The notes: generated by a model from the letters alone, not told the origin. DNA of 63,986 nucleotides, filler included, from Vicugna vicugna (GCA_013265495.1; 73 parts of 72 records of this genome joined end to end with filler, not necessarily neighbours in it), one strand, 5' to 3'. Counted from the first letter of the whole stretch, positions 50,959-63,756 are shown. Program-made: numbers and translations.

Positions 50959-51106
50959 GGGAACTGTATTCCACATCTTGTAGTACTATAGTGACATATG
51001 AAAAGGAATATATGTAGGTACATGAATGACTGAAGCATTATGCGGTGCACCAAAAATTGACACAGAATTGTAAACTGACTATACTTCAATAAAAACTAAA
51101 AATTAA
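50959..51106 (+). mobile_element. LINE-1 3' terminus (cetartiodactyl-type tail)
   Basis: ATGACTGAAGCATTATGCGGTGCACCAAAAATTGACACAG..TTGTAAACTGACTATACTTCAATAAAAA followed by an A-rich tail. Confidence 0.8.
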
Positions 51107-51260
51107 GAAACCCCGAGAATTTATGGACACGGGATATACCTGGTTGGAAATGGAAAGTAANNNNNNNNNNNNNNNNNNNNNNNNNNNNNNNNNNNNNNNN
51201 NNNNTTAATTAATTAANNNNNNNNNNNNNNNNNNNNNNNNNNNNNNNNNNNNNNNNNNNN

Positions 51261-51986
51261 AGAATAGCCCTTTCAATATTTCTTTTAGCATGGGTTTACT
51301 GTTGCCAAACTCCTGCAGTATTTTTTTGTCTGTGAAACTCTTTAATTCTCCTTCTATCCTAAAGGATAGCCTTGCTGGATAAAGTATCCTAGGCTGCATC
51401 TTTTTTTCATTCAGGGCTTTGAATATATCTTACCACTCCCTTCTGGCCTGTAGTGTTTGTGTAGAGAAATCAGCTGAGAGCCTTATGNNNNNNNNNNNNN
51501 NNNNNNNNNNNNNNNNNNNNNNNNNNNNNNNNNNNNNNNNNNNNNNNNNNNNNNNNNNNNNNNNNNNNNNNNNNNNNNNNNNNNNNNNNNNNNNNNNNNN
51601 NNNNNNNNNNNNNNNNNNNNNNNNNNNNNNNNNNNNNNNNNNNNNNNNNNNNNNNNNNNNNNNNNNNNNNNNNNNNNNNNNNNNNNNNNNNNNNNNNCCC
51701 TTTGATCCTTCTTCCCCTTCTGGGACCCCTATTATGCGAAGATTGGGATGCTTTATATTATCCCATAGGTCCCTTATGCTATTATCATTATTTTTTATTT
51801 GCTTATCTTGTAGTTCTTCTGAATGGGTGCTTTCTGTTGCCCTGTCTTCTAGATCACTAATTCGTTCCTTTCCATTAACTAGTCGGCTTTGCACTGCTGT
51901 TAGATCATACCTCATCTCTGTCAATGAGTTTTCCCATTTTCCTTGGTTCTTCTTTATAGCTTCAATTTCATTTTTGACATATTTTA
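51261..51986 (-). mobile_element. LINE-1 ORF1 fragment
   Basis: Peptides ERISDLEDR..LWDNIKHPNLRIIGVPEGEE, IRLSADFSTQTLQARREW and QPRILYPARLSFRIEGELKSFTDK. Confidence 0.97.
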
Positions 51987-52086
51987 NNNNNNNNNNNNNN
52001 NNNNNNNNNNNNNNNNNNNNNNNNNNNNNNTTAATTAATTAANNNNNNNNNNNNNNNNNNNNNNNNNNNNNNNNNNNNNNNNNNNN

Positions 52087-52873
52087 ATTAATTCACCATT
52101 TATTACAGAACTAAGTGTAAAACTCAAAACTACAAAACTCCTAGAAGAGAAAATCCACATGACCTTGGGTTTGGCAATGACTTCTGAGATACAACACCAA
52201 AAGCACAATCCATGAAAGAGAGTTAATAAGCCAGATTTCATTAAATTTAAGAACTTCTGCTCTGTGAAAGACACTGTCAAGAGAATGAGAAGACAAGCCA
52301 CAGAATGGGAGAAAACATGTACAAATGAAATACAGACAGAAAGGGCTGTTAATCAAAATACACAAAGAACTATAAAAAAATCAAAATAAGAAAGCAAACA
52401 ACCCAGTTAAAAAATGGGCAAAAGATCTGAACAGACAACTTACCAAAGAAGACACACAGAAGGCAGTTAAGCATATGTAAAGATGCTCCACGTCACATGC
52501 TATTAAGAAATTGCAAATTAGAATAATGTAGCACTGCTACACACCAACTGTGACAGCTAAAACCCCAACACTGACAACACCAAATGCTGCTGAGGACATG
52601 GAGCAACAGGAACNNNNNNNNNNNNNNNNNNNNNNNNNNNNNNNNNNNNNNNNNNNNNNNNNNNNNNNNNNNNNNNNNNNNNNNNNNNNNNNNNNNNNNN
52701 NNNNNNNNNNNNNNNNNNNNNNNNNNNNNNNNNNNNNNNNNNNNNNNNNNNNNNNNNNNATTTCCACACCGTACACCCACACACATTCATAGCAATTTTA
52801 TTCATAAACACCAAAAGCCGAAAGCAACCAAGATGCCTTTGGGTAGGTAAATAGTTAAAACACTGGTACATAC
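52087..52873 (+). mobile_element. Old L1M ORF2 3' fragment
   Basis: AAAACTCCTAGAAGA, AAAAATGGGCAAAAGATCTGAACAGACA and GAGGACATGGAGCAACAGGAAC. Confidence 0.9.
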
Positions 52874-53575
52874 NNNNNNNNNNNNNNNNNNNNNNNNNNN
52901 NNNNNNNNNNNNNNNNNTTAATTAATTAANNNNNNNNNNNNNNNNNNNNNNNNNNNNNNNNNNNNNNNNNNNNATATACTTCAGCTACCTGTCATGAGCA
53001 AATTTTGAAAAGCCTTAAATGAAAGAAGTGCAGTACTTGGCAATATCAGTACTTGCTTCTATATATGATTCAGCTTATTTGAGTCTTAAAAAGGACATAG
53101 ACATATTTGTATCTTCATATCTGAATGTTATGTGGTTTTTCTGTGGGAAAAGGTGAATTATTTCCATTTAATAACTTAGAAACAAAAGATAGGATATTTC
53201 CATATTAAATTTTAGATGTTGGTATTTAAAATAGCACCTTTGGCCATAGCTTGACCTCATATTTTGTTTCTCCTTATTTTATATTAATCTTAAATCATCA
53301 TTTGCAAAATTTTGTGCATGGTATTTCTTGTGAATAATTAAAATGGGTCAAACCAAGGAATTGTATTTGACTTCTTTAGGGCAATTTAGGGCAGAAAAGG
53401 GGAGAAAAAGTTAAGAAATTCTACCGTTTCACTAGAGATTGCTCTGCAAGGCTGACTGCAGGGGACTTTCAACTGNNNNNNNNNNNNNNNNNNNNNNNNN
53501 NNNNNNNNNNNNNNNNNNNTTAATTAATTAANNNNNNNNNNNNNNNNNNNNNNNNNNNNNNNNNNNNNNNNNNNN

Positions 53576-54432
53576 TTCTGGTGCCAAATGTCTGATTTTA
53601 GATCCTGGTGATAGGAAAAAACTATGAAGCCAGAGTAAACATATCTAAGTCTATATACGCCTTGTTCGGAAATGAAAGGTCAGTAATCCACATGCTCACA
53701 AGTCAGAAACGCATGATTGTCGAATCCGTCATGCATGGAGCATGTACAGAACCCGGAATGCCATGTTGATGGAATTCATGTAAATTACATACCTATTAGG
53801 TGGAAATCGCTCCAGAACAATTTTTCTGTGAAAAATGCACGAATTAGANNNNNNNNNNNNNNNNNNNNNNNNNNNNNNNNNNNNNNNNNNNNNNNNNNNN
53901 NNNNNNNNNNNNNNNNNNNNNNNNNNNNNNNNNNNNNNNNNNNNNNNNNNNNNNNNNNNNNNNNNNNNNNNNNNNNNNNNNNNNNNNNNNNNNNNNNNNN
54001 NNNNNNNNNNNNNNNNNNNNNNNNNNNNNNNNNNNNNNNNNNNNNNNNNNNNNNNNNNNNNNNNNNNNNNNNNNNNNNNNNNNNNNNNNNNNNNNNNNNN
54101 NNNNNNNNNNNNNNNNNNNNNNNNNNNNNAAGTCAAAGTAAATATTTCAGACTGCATAGGTAACTTGTTTGGAGGTTGAAACATCAGTCATGCGGATGTT
54201 CACAACTCAGAAATGCATGTTTGAGGAATTCATTATGCATGAAACATGTTCGTTATACGGAATGCCATGGTTATGTAAACAATGTAAATTACATGTGTAA
54301 TGGTGAGAATTCGCTCAAAGAGTATTTTCTGGTGTCAAATATCCGATTTTAGAACCTGATGATAGAAAAAACCTAGGAAGTCTGAGAAAATCTTTCTAAG
54401 TGTATATATGCCTTGTATGGTGAATGAAAGTT
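53576..54432. repeat. SatE satellite, reverse orientation
   Basis: Matches 55895-56340. Confidence 0.92.
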
Positions 54433-54532
54433 NNNNNNNNNNNNNNNNNNNNNNNNNNNNNNNNNNNNNNNNNNNNTTAATTAATTAANNNNNNNNNNNN
54501 NNNNNNNNNNNNNNNNNNNNNNNNNNNNNNNN

Positions 54533-54893
54533 CAGCCGTGGTCTGTTGAGGCTGCTGCGATGCAGCACCACAGCCTGCACAGTGCACAAACAGCAGACAT
54601 TCACGTCTCACAGTCTGGAGGCTGGGAGGTCGAAGATCAAGACACTGGCAGATTTAGTGTCCAGTGAGAGCCTGATTCATAGTCCACTGGCAGCCGTCTT
54701 CTCTGTGTCCTCACGTGGTGGAAGGGGCAAGGGAGCTCTCTGGGGCCTCTTCTGCAAGGGCACTAATGCCATTCATGAGGGCTCCACCCTTGTGACCTAG
54801 TCACCCCTCTCCTAAAACTCTCACGTGAGGAGTGGGCTTCAACATAGGAAATCTGCAGGGAAAGGGGGGGACACCAACATTCAGTTTATAGCA
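54533..54893 (-). mobile_element. MaLR solo LTR (MLT1A-like)
   Basis: TCTCACAGTCTGGAGGCTGGGA..AAGATCAAG, GGGCACTAATGCCATTCATGAGGGCTCCACCCT, and terminus ACATTCAGTTTATAGCA. Confidence 0.88.
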
Positions 54894-55563
54894 GACCCAA
54901 AGTCTGTTTTTAATACAAATATCATGTAGCTCATCCTTTATTACCTTGAACTGAAATGTATAGCTAATATAACCACCATCATACATAATTTTTAAAAAAT
55001 CAATATAAAAATCAATGTAGTATAAAATAAATAAAAGGAACATAATTTACAACAAAGCAATGTGTATTTCAGTCACAAATGCTTAGGCATGACCACACCA
55101 AGATGTAGCGATGACTGTCAGGTGCTAGGTCTTTACAAAGAAGCACTATGAATGCACGATCACAAATGCTGACAAATTGAGCTGAGCTGTGATGACGACT
55201 TGTATGCCATGAGGGCTGTTGCCATAGGTGACATAATTTTTGGTGAACAATTCTTGTTAAAGTTTCCAAAAAGTCAAGGTACAACCATCCCTTGCTTGGT
55301 ATGATTGTTCTATTGCTGGGACAATGAGCATGTATTAAAATGATGCCAAAAGTGCTCTGTATTTATGGGTACAATTGAGTTAGTTTGGGGATTCATAAGT
55401 AGAAAGACACTTTTCACCTACTTGTAAGTCTGGAGTGAATTTGTGTGGGACTGTCCTATGCCANNNNNNNNNNNNNNNNNNNNNNNNNNNNNNNNNNNNN
55501 NNNNNNNTTAATTAATTAANNNNNNNNNNNNNNNNNNNNNNNNNNNNNNNNNNNNNNNNNNNN

Positions 55564-57015
55564 CTCCAGAACTAATTTTCTGTGGAAAATGCACAAATTC
55601 AAACTTGGCGTTACGGAAAGTTTGTGAAAATGTGTACACGTGTCTAGATGAATATATTCCTTTTATAGAGGGTGAAAGATTAATAATCCACATGCTCTCC
55701 ACTCAGGAATGCATGTTTGTCAAATCCGTCATGTATGTAGCTTGTACGGAACACGGAATATAATGTAGATGGAATCTATTCAATTTACATATCTNNNNNN
55801 NNNNNNNNNNNNNNNNNNNNNNNNNNNNNNNNNNNNNNNNNNNNNNNNNNNNNNNNNNNNNNNNNNNNNNNNNNNNNNNNNNNNNNNNNNNNNNGTGCAT
55901 AGGTAACTTGTTTGGTGGTTGAAACATCAGTCATGCGCATGTTCACAACTCAGAAATGCATGTTTGAGGAATCCGTGATGCATGAAACATGTTCGTAATA
56001 CGGAATGCCATGGTTATGTAAACAATGTAAATTACATGTGTATTTGTGAGAATTCGCTCAAAGAGTGTTTTCTGGGGCCAAATGTCCGATTTTAGAACCT
56101 GGTGATAGGAAAAATCTACGAAGTCAGAGTAAATAATTCTAAGTGTATATACGCCTTTTTCGGAGGGTGAAAGGTCTGTAATCCACATGCTCACAAGTCA
56201 GAAACATATGATAGCCGATCCGTCATACATGTAGCATGTACGGAACCTGGAATGCCATGTTGTTGGAATTCATGCAAATTAAATATCTGTTAGGAGGTAA
56301 TCACTCCAGAACTTTTTTCTGTGGAAAATGCTCAAATTCGAACTTGGTTTTAGGGAAAGCTTGTGAAAATGTGTACACGTGTCTAGATGAATATATTCCT
56401 TTTATAGAGGATGAAAGATTAATAATCCACATGCTCTCAACTCAGGAATGCATGTTTGTCGAATCCGTCATGTATGTTGCATGTACGGAACACGGAATAT
56501 AATNNNNNNNNNNNNNNNNNNNNNNNNNNNNNNNNNNNNNNNNNNNNNNNNNNNNNNNNNNNNNNNNNNNNNNNNNNNNNNNNNNNNNNNNNNNNNNNNN
56601 NNNNNNNNNNNNNNNNNNNNNNNNNNNNNNNNNNNNNNNNNNNNNNNNNNNNNNNNNNNNNNNNNNNNNNNNNNNNNNNNNNNNNNNNNNNNNNNNNNNN
56701 NNNNNNNNNNNNNNNNNNNNNNNNNNNNNNNNNNNNNNNNNNNNNNNNNNNNNNNNNNNNNNNNNNNNNNNNNNNNNNNNNNNNNNNNNNNNNNNNNNNN
56801 NNNNNNNNNNNNNNNNNNNNNNNNNNNNNNNNNNNNNNNNNNNNNNNNNNNNNNNNNNNNNNNNNNNNNNNNNNNNNNNNNNNNNNNNNNNNNNNNNNNN
56901 NNNNNNNNNNNNNNNNNNNNNNNNNNNNNNCAGTAATCCATCACAAGTCAGAAACCCATGATTGCTGAATCCTTCATGCATGTTGCATGTACGGAACCCG
57001 GAAAGCCATGTTGAC
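55564..57015. repeat. SatE satellite, trimeric HOR (~740 bp)
   Basis: Monomer steps of 248 and 244 bp (CATG landmark at 55938, 56186, 56430); the same monomer type recurs at 55684 and 56423. Confidence 0.92.
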
Positions 57016-57569
57016 NNNNNNNNNNNNNNNNNNNNNNNNNNNNNNNNNNNNNNNNNNNNTTAATTAATTAANNNNNNNNNNNNNNNNNNNNNNNNNNNNN
57101 NNNNNNNNNNNNNNNGGAGGGAGGTAACAGTCTCTTTCTTTATGTTTTCCTTTAGTTGCCCGAAAGACAACCAAAAGCAGCTCGGGAAGGAGAACCTAGA
57201 TGTGAAAAGTAAACGGCAAGAACACAGCATATCAGAGCATTTCCCTCTCCCAAAGATTAACTTCCAGAATCTCTGTCCCAAGAGAGCTAACACCTTATCT
57301 TAGACCTCTTAGAACCACAATGATCCAATTCTTTGGTGATTGCTTCTAAGACCTTCGCAGAATGTTGGATGGGGACTCAACCTAAACATGAAAGATGAGG
57401 TATTAGTGGGTATACATATTTTGTTTTTTAATAGCTATATAAAGCAAATGCATGAATGTATAGCTGAAATAAAAGATGTTTGGCTTTGGTTGGCTATTTG
57501 CAATAACCACACTTTTCTTTATGCTTAGCCAGAATAGTCTTTGGCAAATACACGTCTAATTATGAGTTT

Positions 57570-57965
57570 ACCTTAAGACTCTTCAATGGTTCTCTCTTAC
57601 ATCCAGAATAAAATCCAAATTCTTCACCTGAGGCTTCAATGAGGATTGACTCCTGTGTACCTCTCCAATCTCCTATCTCACCCTGCACACTCACCCATTA
57701 TCTCCCAGGGAGTCACACTCTTCAAGCCACCAATCATTTTCACCTCAGGACCCTGGTACATACAGCTGTTAGGGCTCATGGTTTTTGTTTTCCTTGCTTG
57801 TGCTTGATATCATCTCTTCTGGAGATGCTGGCTCTTGTGATTACTCTGAAAAAATCTCCCTGACTAGACTATGCGGTAATGCTTTTTCCACATCAGGTGG
57901 ATTTCCTGCACTGCCCACCTCACCCCACCTCCCCCACTTATATTTGCCATGCCTTTATCTTAACT
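57570..57965 (+). mobile_element. LINE-2 fragment
   Basis: CTTCAATGG...AGAATAAAATCCAAATTCTTCACC and CACCTCAGGACCCT are typical of the L2 3' region. Confidence 0.65.
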
Positions 57966-58194
57966 NNNNNNNNNNNNNNNNNNNNNNNNNNNNNNNNNNN
58001 NNNNNNNNNTTAATTAATTAANNNNNNNNNNNNNNNNNNNNNNNNNNNNNNNNNNNNNNNNNNNNAGCAAGAGAGAGACTATTTCTCTTCTGACTGTCTT
58101 TTTCTACTCCTGCTTCTCAGTATCTCTACTGCCACTGACAGTTCCAGACAGGAATTTTGAACTGACTGATACCATATTTTGTGTGTTGCATTAA

Positions 58195-59028
58195 TATTAA
58201 ATAAATATTTTACTCAACTCCTGTTATATATCAGGCATTGTTAGGTACTGGGAATATAACAATTAAAAAAAAGAGAATGATACATGATACATGAATTATA
58301 AATTCTAATAGAAGGGAGACCAGCAATTTTTAAAAATTAAAATATAAGGTTTGCCAGATAGTTAACTGATGAAGTACAATAAATTAAATAAGAAAAGGGA
58401 TGGAAAGTGACATGGCAGGGGGATTGCAATTTTAAATATGATATTCAAGAAATGCTTCACTGAAGGAGGAGAGAGATAAAGCCCTGAAATTATATGGGGG
58501 AAAAAGCATTTCAGGCCAAGAGAATAGTAGGTGCAAAGGCCCTGAGGTATGAACCTACTTTCCCGTTTGAAGACTATCACGGATTTCATTGTGACTGGCA
58601 TGGACTGATCAAGGAGCATGGAACAAGTCAAGAGAGAGCATAGGGCCAGGTCCTGTTGGGCTCAGTATGCTATGGAAGAACTTTACCAACTGAAGGAGAT
58701 AAGAAAGCAAGAGAGTTTTGAGCAGACAGATGAAATGAGCTGACTTAAATTTTACAAACTGGCTGCTCAACTGACTAGAGAAGAGAAATAGCAGAATCAG
58801 AAAAGCCAGTTGGAGCTATTGCACTAATTCAGTTGAGAGATGGTGGTGGCGGAGACAAAAATATTAGTGGTGGAGAAGGTACGGGAGATATTCTCATTGT
58901 GGGATATTGAAGGTAGACCCATGGCACTTGCTTTTAATGTAAAATGTAGTGTATTTAGAGATTTCAAATGCTACTTCAAAGACTTTGGCTGGAATAACAA
59001 GACAGTTAGCAGTGCCATTTACTGAGAT
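58195..59028 (-). mobile_element. LINE-2 fragment
   Basis: AGGCATTGTTAGGTACTGGG, GTGCAAAGGCCCTGAGG, TGAGAGATGGTGGTGG and GTGCCATTTACTGAGAT. Confidence 0.8.
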
Positions 59029-59659
59029 NNNNNNNNNNNNNNNNNNNNNNNNNNNNNNNNNNNNNNNNNNNNTTAATTAATTAANNNNNNNNNNNNNNNN
59101 NNNNNNNNNNNNNNNNNNNNNNNNNNNNTACCTCCAACTTCAGAGCACAAGGATGGGTCCTCATGGCAATAGGGCACTGCACCTGCAGCTAAGAAAGCTA
59201 ACAGTGCCCACTTCCTAGAGCCCCTGTCACCACCATTGTTGTAATTTTCTATTTGCAATTTTTTACTTTTTATTAAATAGAGACTCCCAAATGCATAGCC
59301 TTCACCTGACCAGACATCATGATGGCAGCCCTTCAAAACCTGACCACAGAGATCATGAAGGCAGCCCTCCTTGGTGAAACAATAAAATGAAAAGCCATTT
59401 CCACAAGACCTCTGTGTAAATCTACTAGGGAACTTCATCCTGGACTGAAGGGGAGGAGCGGGCAATCTGGGGCAAAGAGAACTATGGGCCATCTGTCCCA
59501 CGATGGACTTTAGACTCAACCCTCACCCACCAGGAACTTCAAAATACAAACCGACACAGTGCTAAGGACAAGATTTTTTTTTTTAAATCCCTGAATCCCT
59601 AGCAGGTCTGTTTCTACCGAGACACAAATGGATTCTGTGTATAATGTTTCACTAAAGCC

Positions 59660-59790
59660 CTAAAATATTATCACCCCAACTTGACATATCAAGAAACTGA
59701 GGTAGAGAAGTTTATCACATTGTACAAGATTAGAGAGAGGCCACGTCAGACACCGTATTTAAATCCAAGCCTTTGTTCCAGTGCTCACAC
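59660..59790 (-). mobile_element. MIR SINE core
   Basis: ATTATCACCCC...GAAACTGAGG..AGAGAAGTT...ATTTAAATCCAAG. Confidence 0.6.
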
Positions 59791-61194
59791 TAGAAAGTGT
59801 GACATACTGCCCCTTTCCTGCCCTCTCCCTGCAATAAATCTCTGAAGTCTTTTCTGTGCCACCTGGAATCACAGTCACTTCAATTTTCCACAAAGAGCTA
59901 TGTTACTTCTTGGAGGATTTATCAAAATCTAAAGGGTTGGTTTGAGAGGAGAGNNNNNNNNNNNNNNNNNNNNNNNNNNNNNNNNNNNNNNNNNNNNTTA
60001 ATTAATTAANNNNNNNNNNNNNNNNNNNNNNNNNNNNNNNNNNNNNNNNNNNNTCCATCTTTCCTTCTCTCATGAAATAATACAGAGATGACATGCACAG
60101 GCTATGAGTTGTTTTTCTATGAAAGTGTTTCCTGTTTGTTCATCTCATTCCCATCCGTGATTCCTCTAAATTTACATGGATTCTGCTCTGTGGGAAATAG
60201 GCATAAAGTTAACATCTGCAAGTGAAGTGATGTGAGATTTTTATATTTTTTAGAGTTTGCACTTTTTTCTTTTTGTTTACTTCCTTCTCCCGTATGCCTT
60301 TCTGTGNNNNNNNNNNNNNNNNNNNNNNNNNNNNNNNNNNNNNNNNNNNNAAATAAAGTTTTCAGAGAACCCGTTCCGTAGCCACTCCGTGATTATCTCT
60401 GCTTGGTAGCAAGCAGCGTGATTAAAACTGATTCTTCCTCGCGGTCAGGGGCACGTCAGCCTGAGAACGCGCTGGCGCTTTACGTAGCTCTTGAACCTGT
60501 GTTCCCCAACAGCCGCGCAGCCAAGTCGTCATTTAGGTAAAACAAGAGAGGAAAGCGGTTGCACCCACGGGCAATTGACTTTTTTTTTATTAAGCTGTTA
60601 GACGGTGCAGGGGAGCCGAGGCAGCCTCTCGGGGGNNNNNNNNNNNNNNNNNNNNNNNNNNNNNNNNNNNNNNNNNNNNTTAATTAATTAANNNNNNNNN
60701 NNNNNNNNNNNNNNNNNNNNNNNNNNNNNNNNNNNGTTCCTGTGTGTGTTGTCTGGTCTATCTCCCATTGCTGGTGTTGCTTTGGTTGTGATGAACCCCC
60801 CATACTATTTGGAATAGGATAAACTCATTTTGATTAGGCTTACCTCACAAATCTGAAAGAGCACAGGACACTTCCTCTGGTGGAAATGGAGCTTCTAAAG
60901 CTTCTCAGCTCTGCATTCTACTCTCTGTTATTTTGGAGTGTTTCCAGAAGAGCAGAGTGTGAGTGCGCTTGTGCTTTGTAGTGCCACGGGAATGTCCCAC
61001 TGAAACCAGTTCTTCCAAGAGCTTCTCTGTCTACAGAAACACCAGTGGAAGCATATCTATGGATGTCACACATCAGGGCCTGCTGGAATGATCCNNNNNN
61101 NNNNNNNNNNNNNNNNNNNNNNNNNNNNNNNNNNNNNNTTAATTAATTAANNNNNNNNNNNNNNNNNNNNNNNNNNNNNNNNNNNNNNNNNNNN

Positions 61195-62117
61195 TGGGGA
61201 GGTTCCACCAACGGTCTGCAGCGCGTTGGTTCAAACGGAGTGCCTAAGCTCGTGTCCCCTGCGGGTTTTCCTAACGTCTCTGTGCCAGGGAATGCTAGGG
61301 GTGATTGTAGGATGTCCCAGTGTCAGAGGCTGCCTCCCAAAGGTCAGGGAAGGTATTTCTCGGACTTCCCAGAACAGGGAACACCTGTGACTGAAGTGAG
61401 CAGCGTGGAGTTGTCTCTCGAGCTCCCCCACGCACTGACAATTGTTCCAGGGGAGGTTCCACCAACGGTCGGCAGGGCGTGGGTTCTAACGGAATGCCTA
61501 AGCTCTTCTCCCCTGAGTGTTTTCCGAATGTCTCTGTGCCAGGGAATGCTAGGGGTGATTGCAGGATATCCAAGTGTCAGAGGCTGCCTCCACAAGCTCA
61601 AGGAAAGTTTTTCTCGAACTTCCCCGAACAGGGAACACCTGTGACGAAAAAGAGCTGCGTGGAGCTCTCTCTCGATCTCCCCACGCACTGACAAATTTTC
61701 AGGAATTGAGCGTGGGGAGGATCCACCAAAGGTCGGCAGCGCGTGGGTTCCAACGGAATGCCTAAGCTCGTATCCCCTGAGTTTTTTTCTAATGTCTCTG
61801 TGCCAGGGAATGCTAGGAGTGATTGCAGGATATCCCAGTGTCCGAGGCTGCCTTCCCGAGTCCAGGGAAGGTATTTCTCGGGCTTCCCCGAACAGGGAAC
61901 ACCTGTGACTGAAGAGAGCTGCGTGGAGTTGTCTCTCGAGCTCCCCCACACACTGAAAATGGTTCCGGAATCCTGAGCTTGGGGAGGTTCCACCAACGGT
62001 CTGCAGCGCGTGGGTTCTAACGGAATGCCTAAGCTCGTCTCCCCTGCTGCTTTTCCTAAAGTTTCCGTGCCTGGGAATGCTAGGTGTGATTGCAGGATAT
62101 GCCAGTGTCAGAGGCTG
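61195..62117. repeat. SatA satellite, reverse orientation
   Basis: About 3.5 monomers; short deletion near 61450. Confidence 0.96.
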
Positions 62118-62217
62118 NNNNNNNNNNNNNNNNNNNNNNNNNNNNNNNNNNNNNNNNNNNNTTAATTAATTAANNNNNNNNNNNNNNNNNNNNNNNNNNN
62201 NNNNNNNNNNNNNNNNN

Positions 62218-63201
62218 TATTTGTATGGAGTGGATTTTGCAACTGAAAAGAAACTTTGTTTTTCCTTCAACTAGGTGAAGAACGGCTTTCACACACACTT
62301 ATCTCTCAGAACTGAGCATGTGGAGAGACATTCCTTCATGCAGCACAAATGTAACGGGATGCAGTAGAAACACTGTCTCTGGTTTCTCAGTCTGTTTCCT
62401 AGTGCCGCTTTGAAGTGCCTGCCGTTTTCACAGTAAATCCGAGTTGGAGCTTGTACCTCCCCATATATATGTATGGAGTGGAGTTTGCAACTGAAAAGAA
62501 ACTTTGTGTTCCCNNNNNNNNNNNNNNNNNNNNNNNNNNNNNNNNNNNNNNNNNNNNNNNNNNNNNNNNNNNNNNNNNNNNNNNNNNNNNNNNNNNNNNN
62601 NNNNNNNNNNNNNNNNNNNNNNNNNNNNNNNNNNNNNNNNNNNNNNNNNNNNNNNNNNNNNNNNNNNNNNNNNNTCACTGTAACACCGAGTTGGAGCTTG
62701 TACATCCCCATATATATGTATGGAGTGGAGTTTGCAACTGAAAAGAAACTTTGTGTTCCATTCAAGCTAGGTGAAGGACAGCTTTCACACTCACTTATCT
62801 CTCAGAACTGAGCATGAAGAGAGACGTTCGTTCATCCAGCACAAAGAACTGGTTGCATGAGAAAAACTGTCTCTGGTTTCTCAGTCTGTTTCCTAGTGTC
62901 GTTTTGAAGTACCTGCCTTTTTCACTGTAAAACCGAGTTGGAGCTTGTACCTCCCCATATATATGTATGGAGTGGAGTTTGCAACTGAAAAGAAACTTTG
63001 TGTTCCATTCAAGCTAGGTGAAGGACAGCTTTCACACTCACTTATCTCTCAGAACTGAGCATGAAGAGAGACGTTCGTTCATCCAGCACAAAGAACTGGT
63101 TGCATGAGAAAAACTGTCTCTGGTTTCTCAGTCTGTTTCCTAGTGCCGTTTGGAATTGCCTGCCGGTTTCACTGTGAAAACGAGTTGGAGCTTGTACCTC
63201 C
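62218..63201. repeat. SatB satellite, 247-bp period
   Basis: TTGGAGCTTG at 62691, 62938, 63185. Confidence 0.96.
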
Positions 63202-63301
63202 NNNNNNNNNNNNNNNNNNNNNNNNNNNNNNNNNNNNNNNNNNNNTTAATTAATTAANNNNNNNNNNNNNNNNNNNNNNNNNNNNNNNNNNNNNNNNNNN
63301 N

Positions 63302-63656
63302 GAACGTCTCTCCAGATGTTCAGTTCTGAGAGATAAGTGTGTGTGAGATCCGTCCTTCACCAAGCTTGAATGGAACACAAAGTTTCATTTCAGTTGCCAA
63401 CTCTAATCCTTACATATTAAATATATATGGTGAGGTCAAGTCACAACTCGGTTTTACAGTGTAAATGGAAGGCACTACAAAGAGGCACTAGGAAACAGAA
63501 TGAGAACACAGAGTAATTGTTTCTCCTGCAACCCGTTCCCTTTGTGCTGTATGAAAGAACGTCTCTCCACATGCTCAGTTCTGAGAGATAAGTGTGTGTG
63601 AAAGCCGTCCTTCACCTAGCTTGAAGGGAACACAGTTTCTTTTCAGTTGCAAACTC
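63302..63656. repeat. SatB satellite, reverse orientation
   Basis: CTCAGTTCTGAGAGATAAGTGTGTGTGAAAGCCGTCC. Confidence 0.95.
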
Positions 63657-63756
63657 NNNNNNNNNNNNNNNNNNNNNNNNNNNNNNNNNNNNNNNNNNNN
63701 TTAATTAATTAANNNNNNNNNNNNNNNNNNNNNNNNNNNNNNNNNNNNNNNNNNNN

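Noticed and set aside
61344..61949. SatA ORFs with recurring peptides (GELERQLHAALFSHRCSLFGEVRE)
   Set aside because: The 267-bp monomer is a multiple of 3 and GC-rich. Copies carry frameshifts and stops, and there is no recognisable domain.
1252..63712. Regularly interspaced TTAATTAATTAA with variable intervening sequence (CRISPR-like or recombination-site array)
   Set aside because: Always embedded in N44 flanks. It is a six-frame-stop assembly linker, and no cas or recombinase genes are present.
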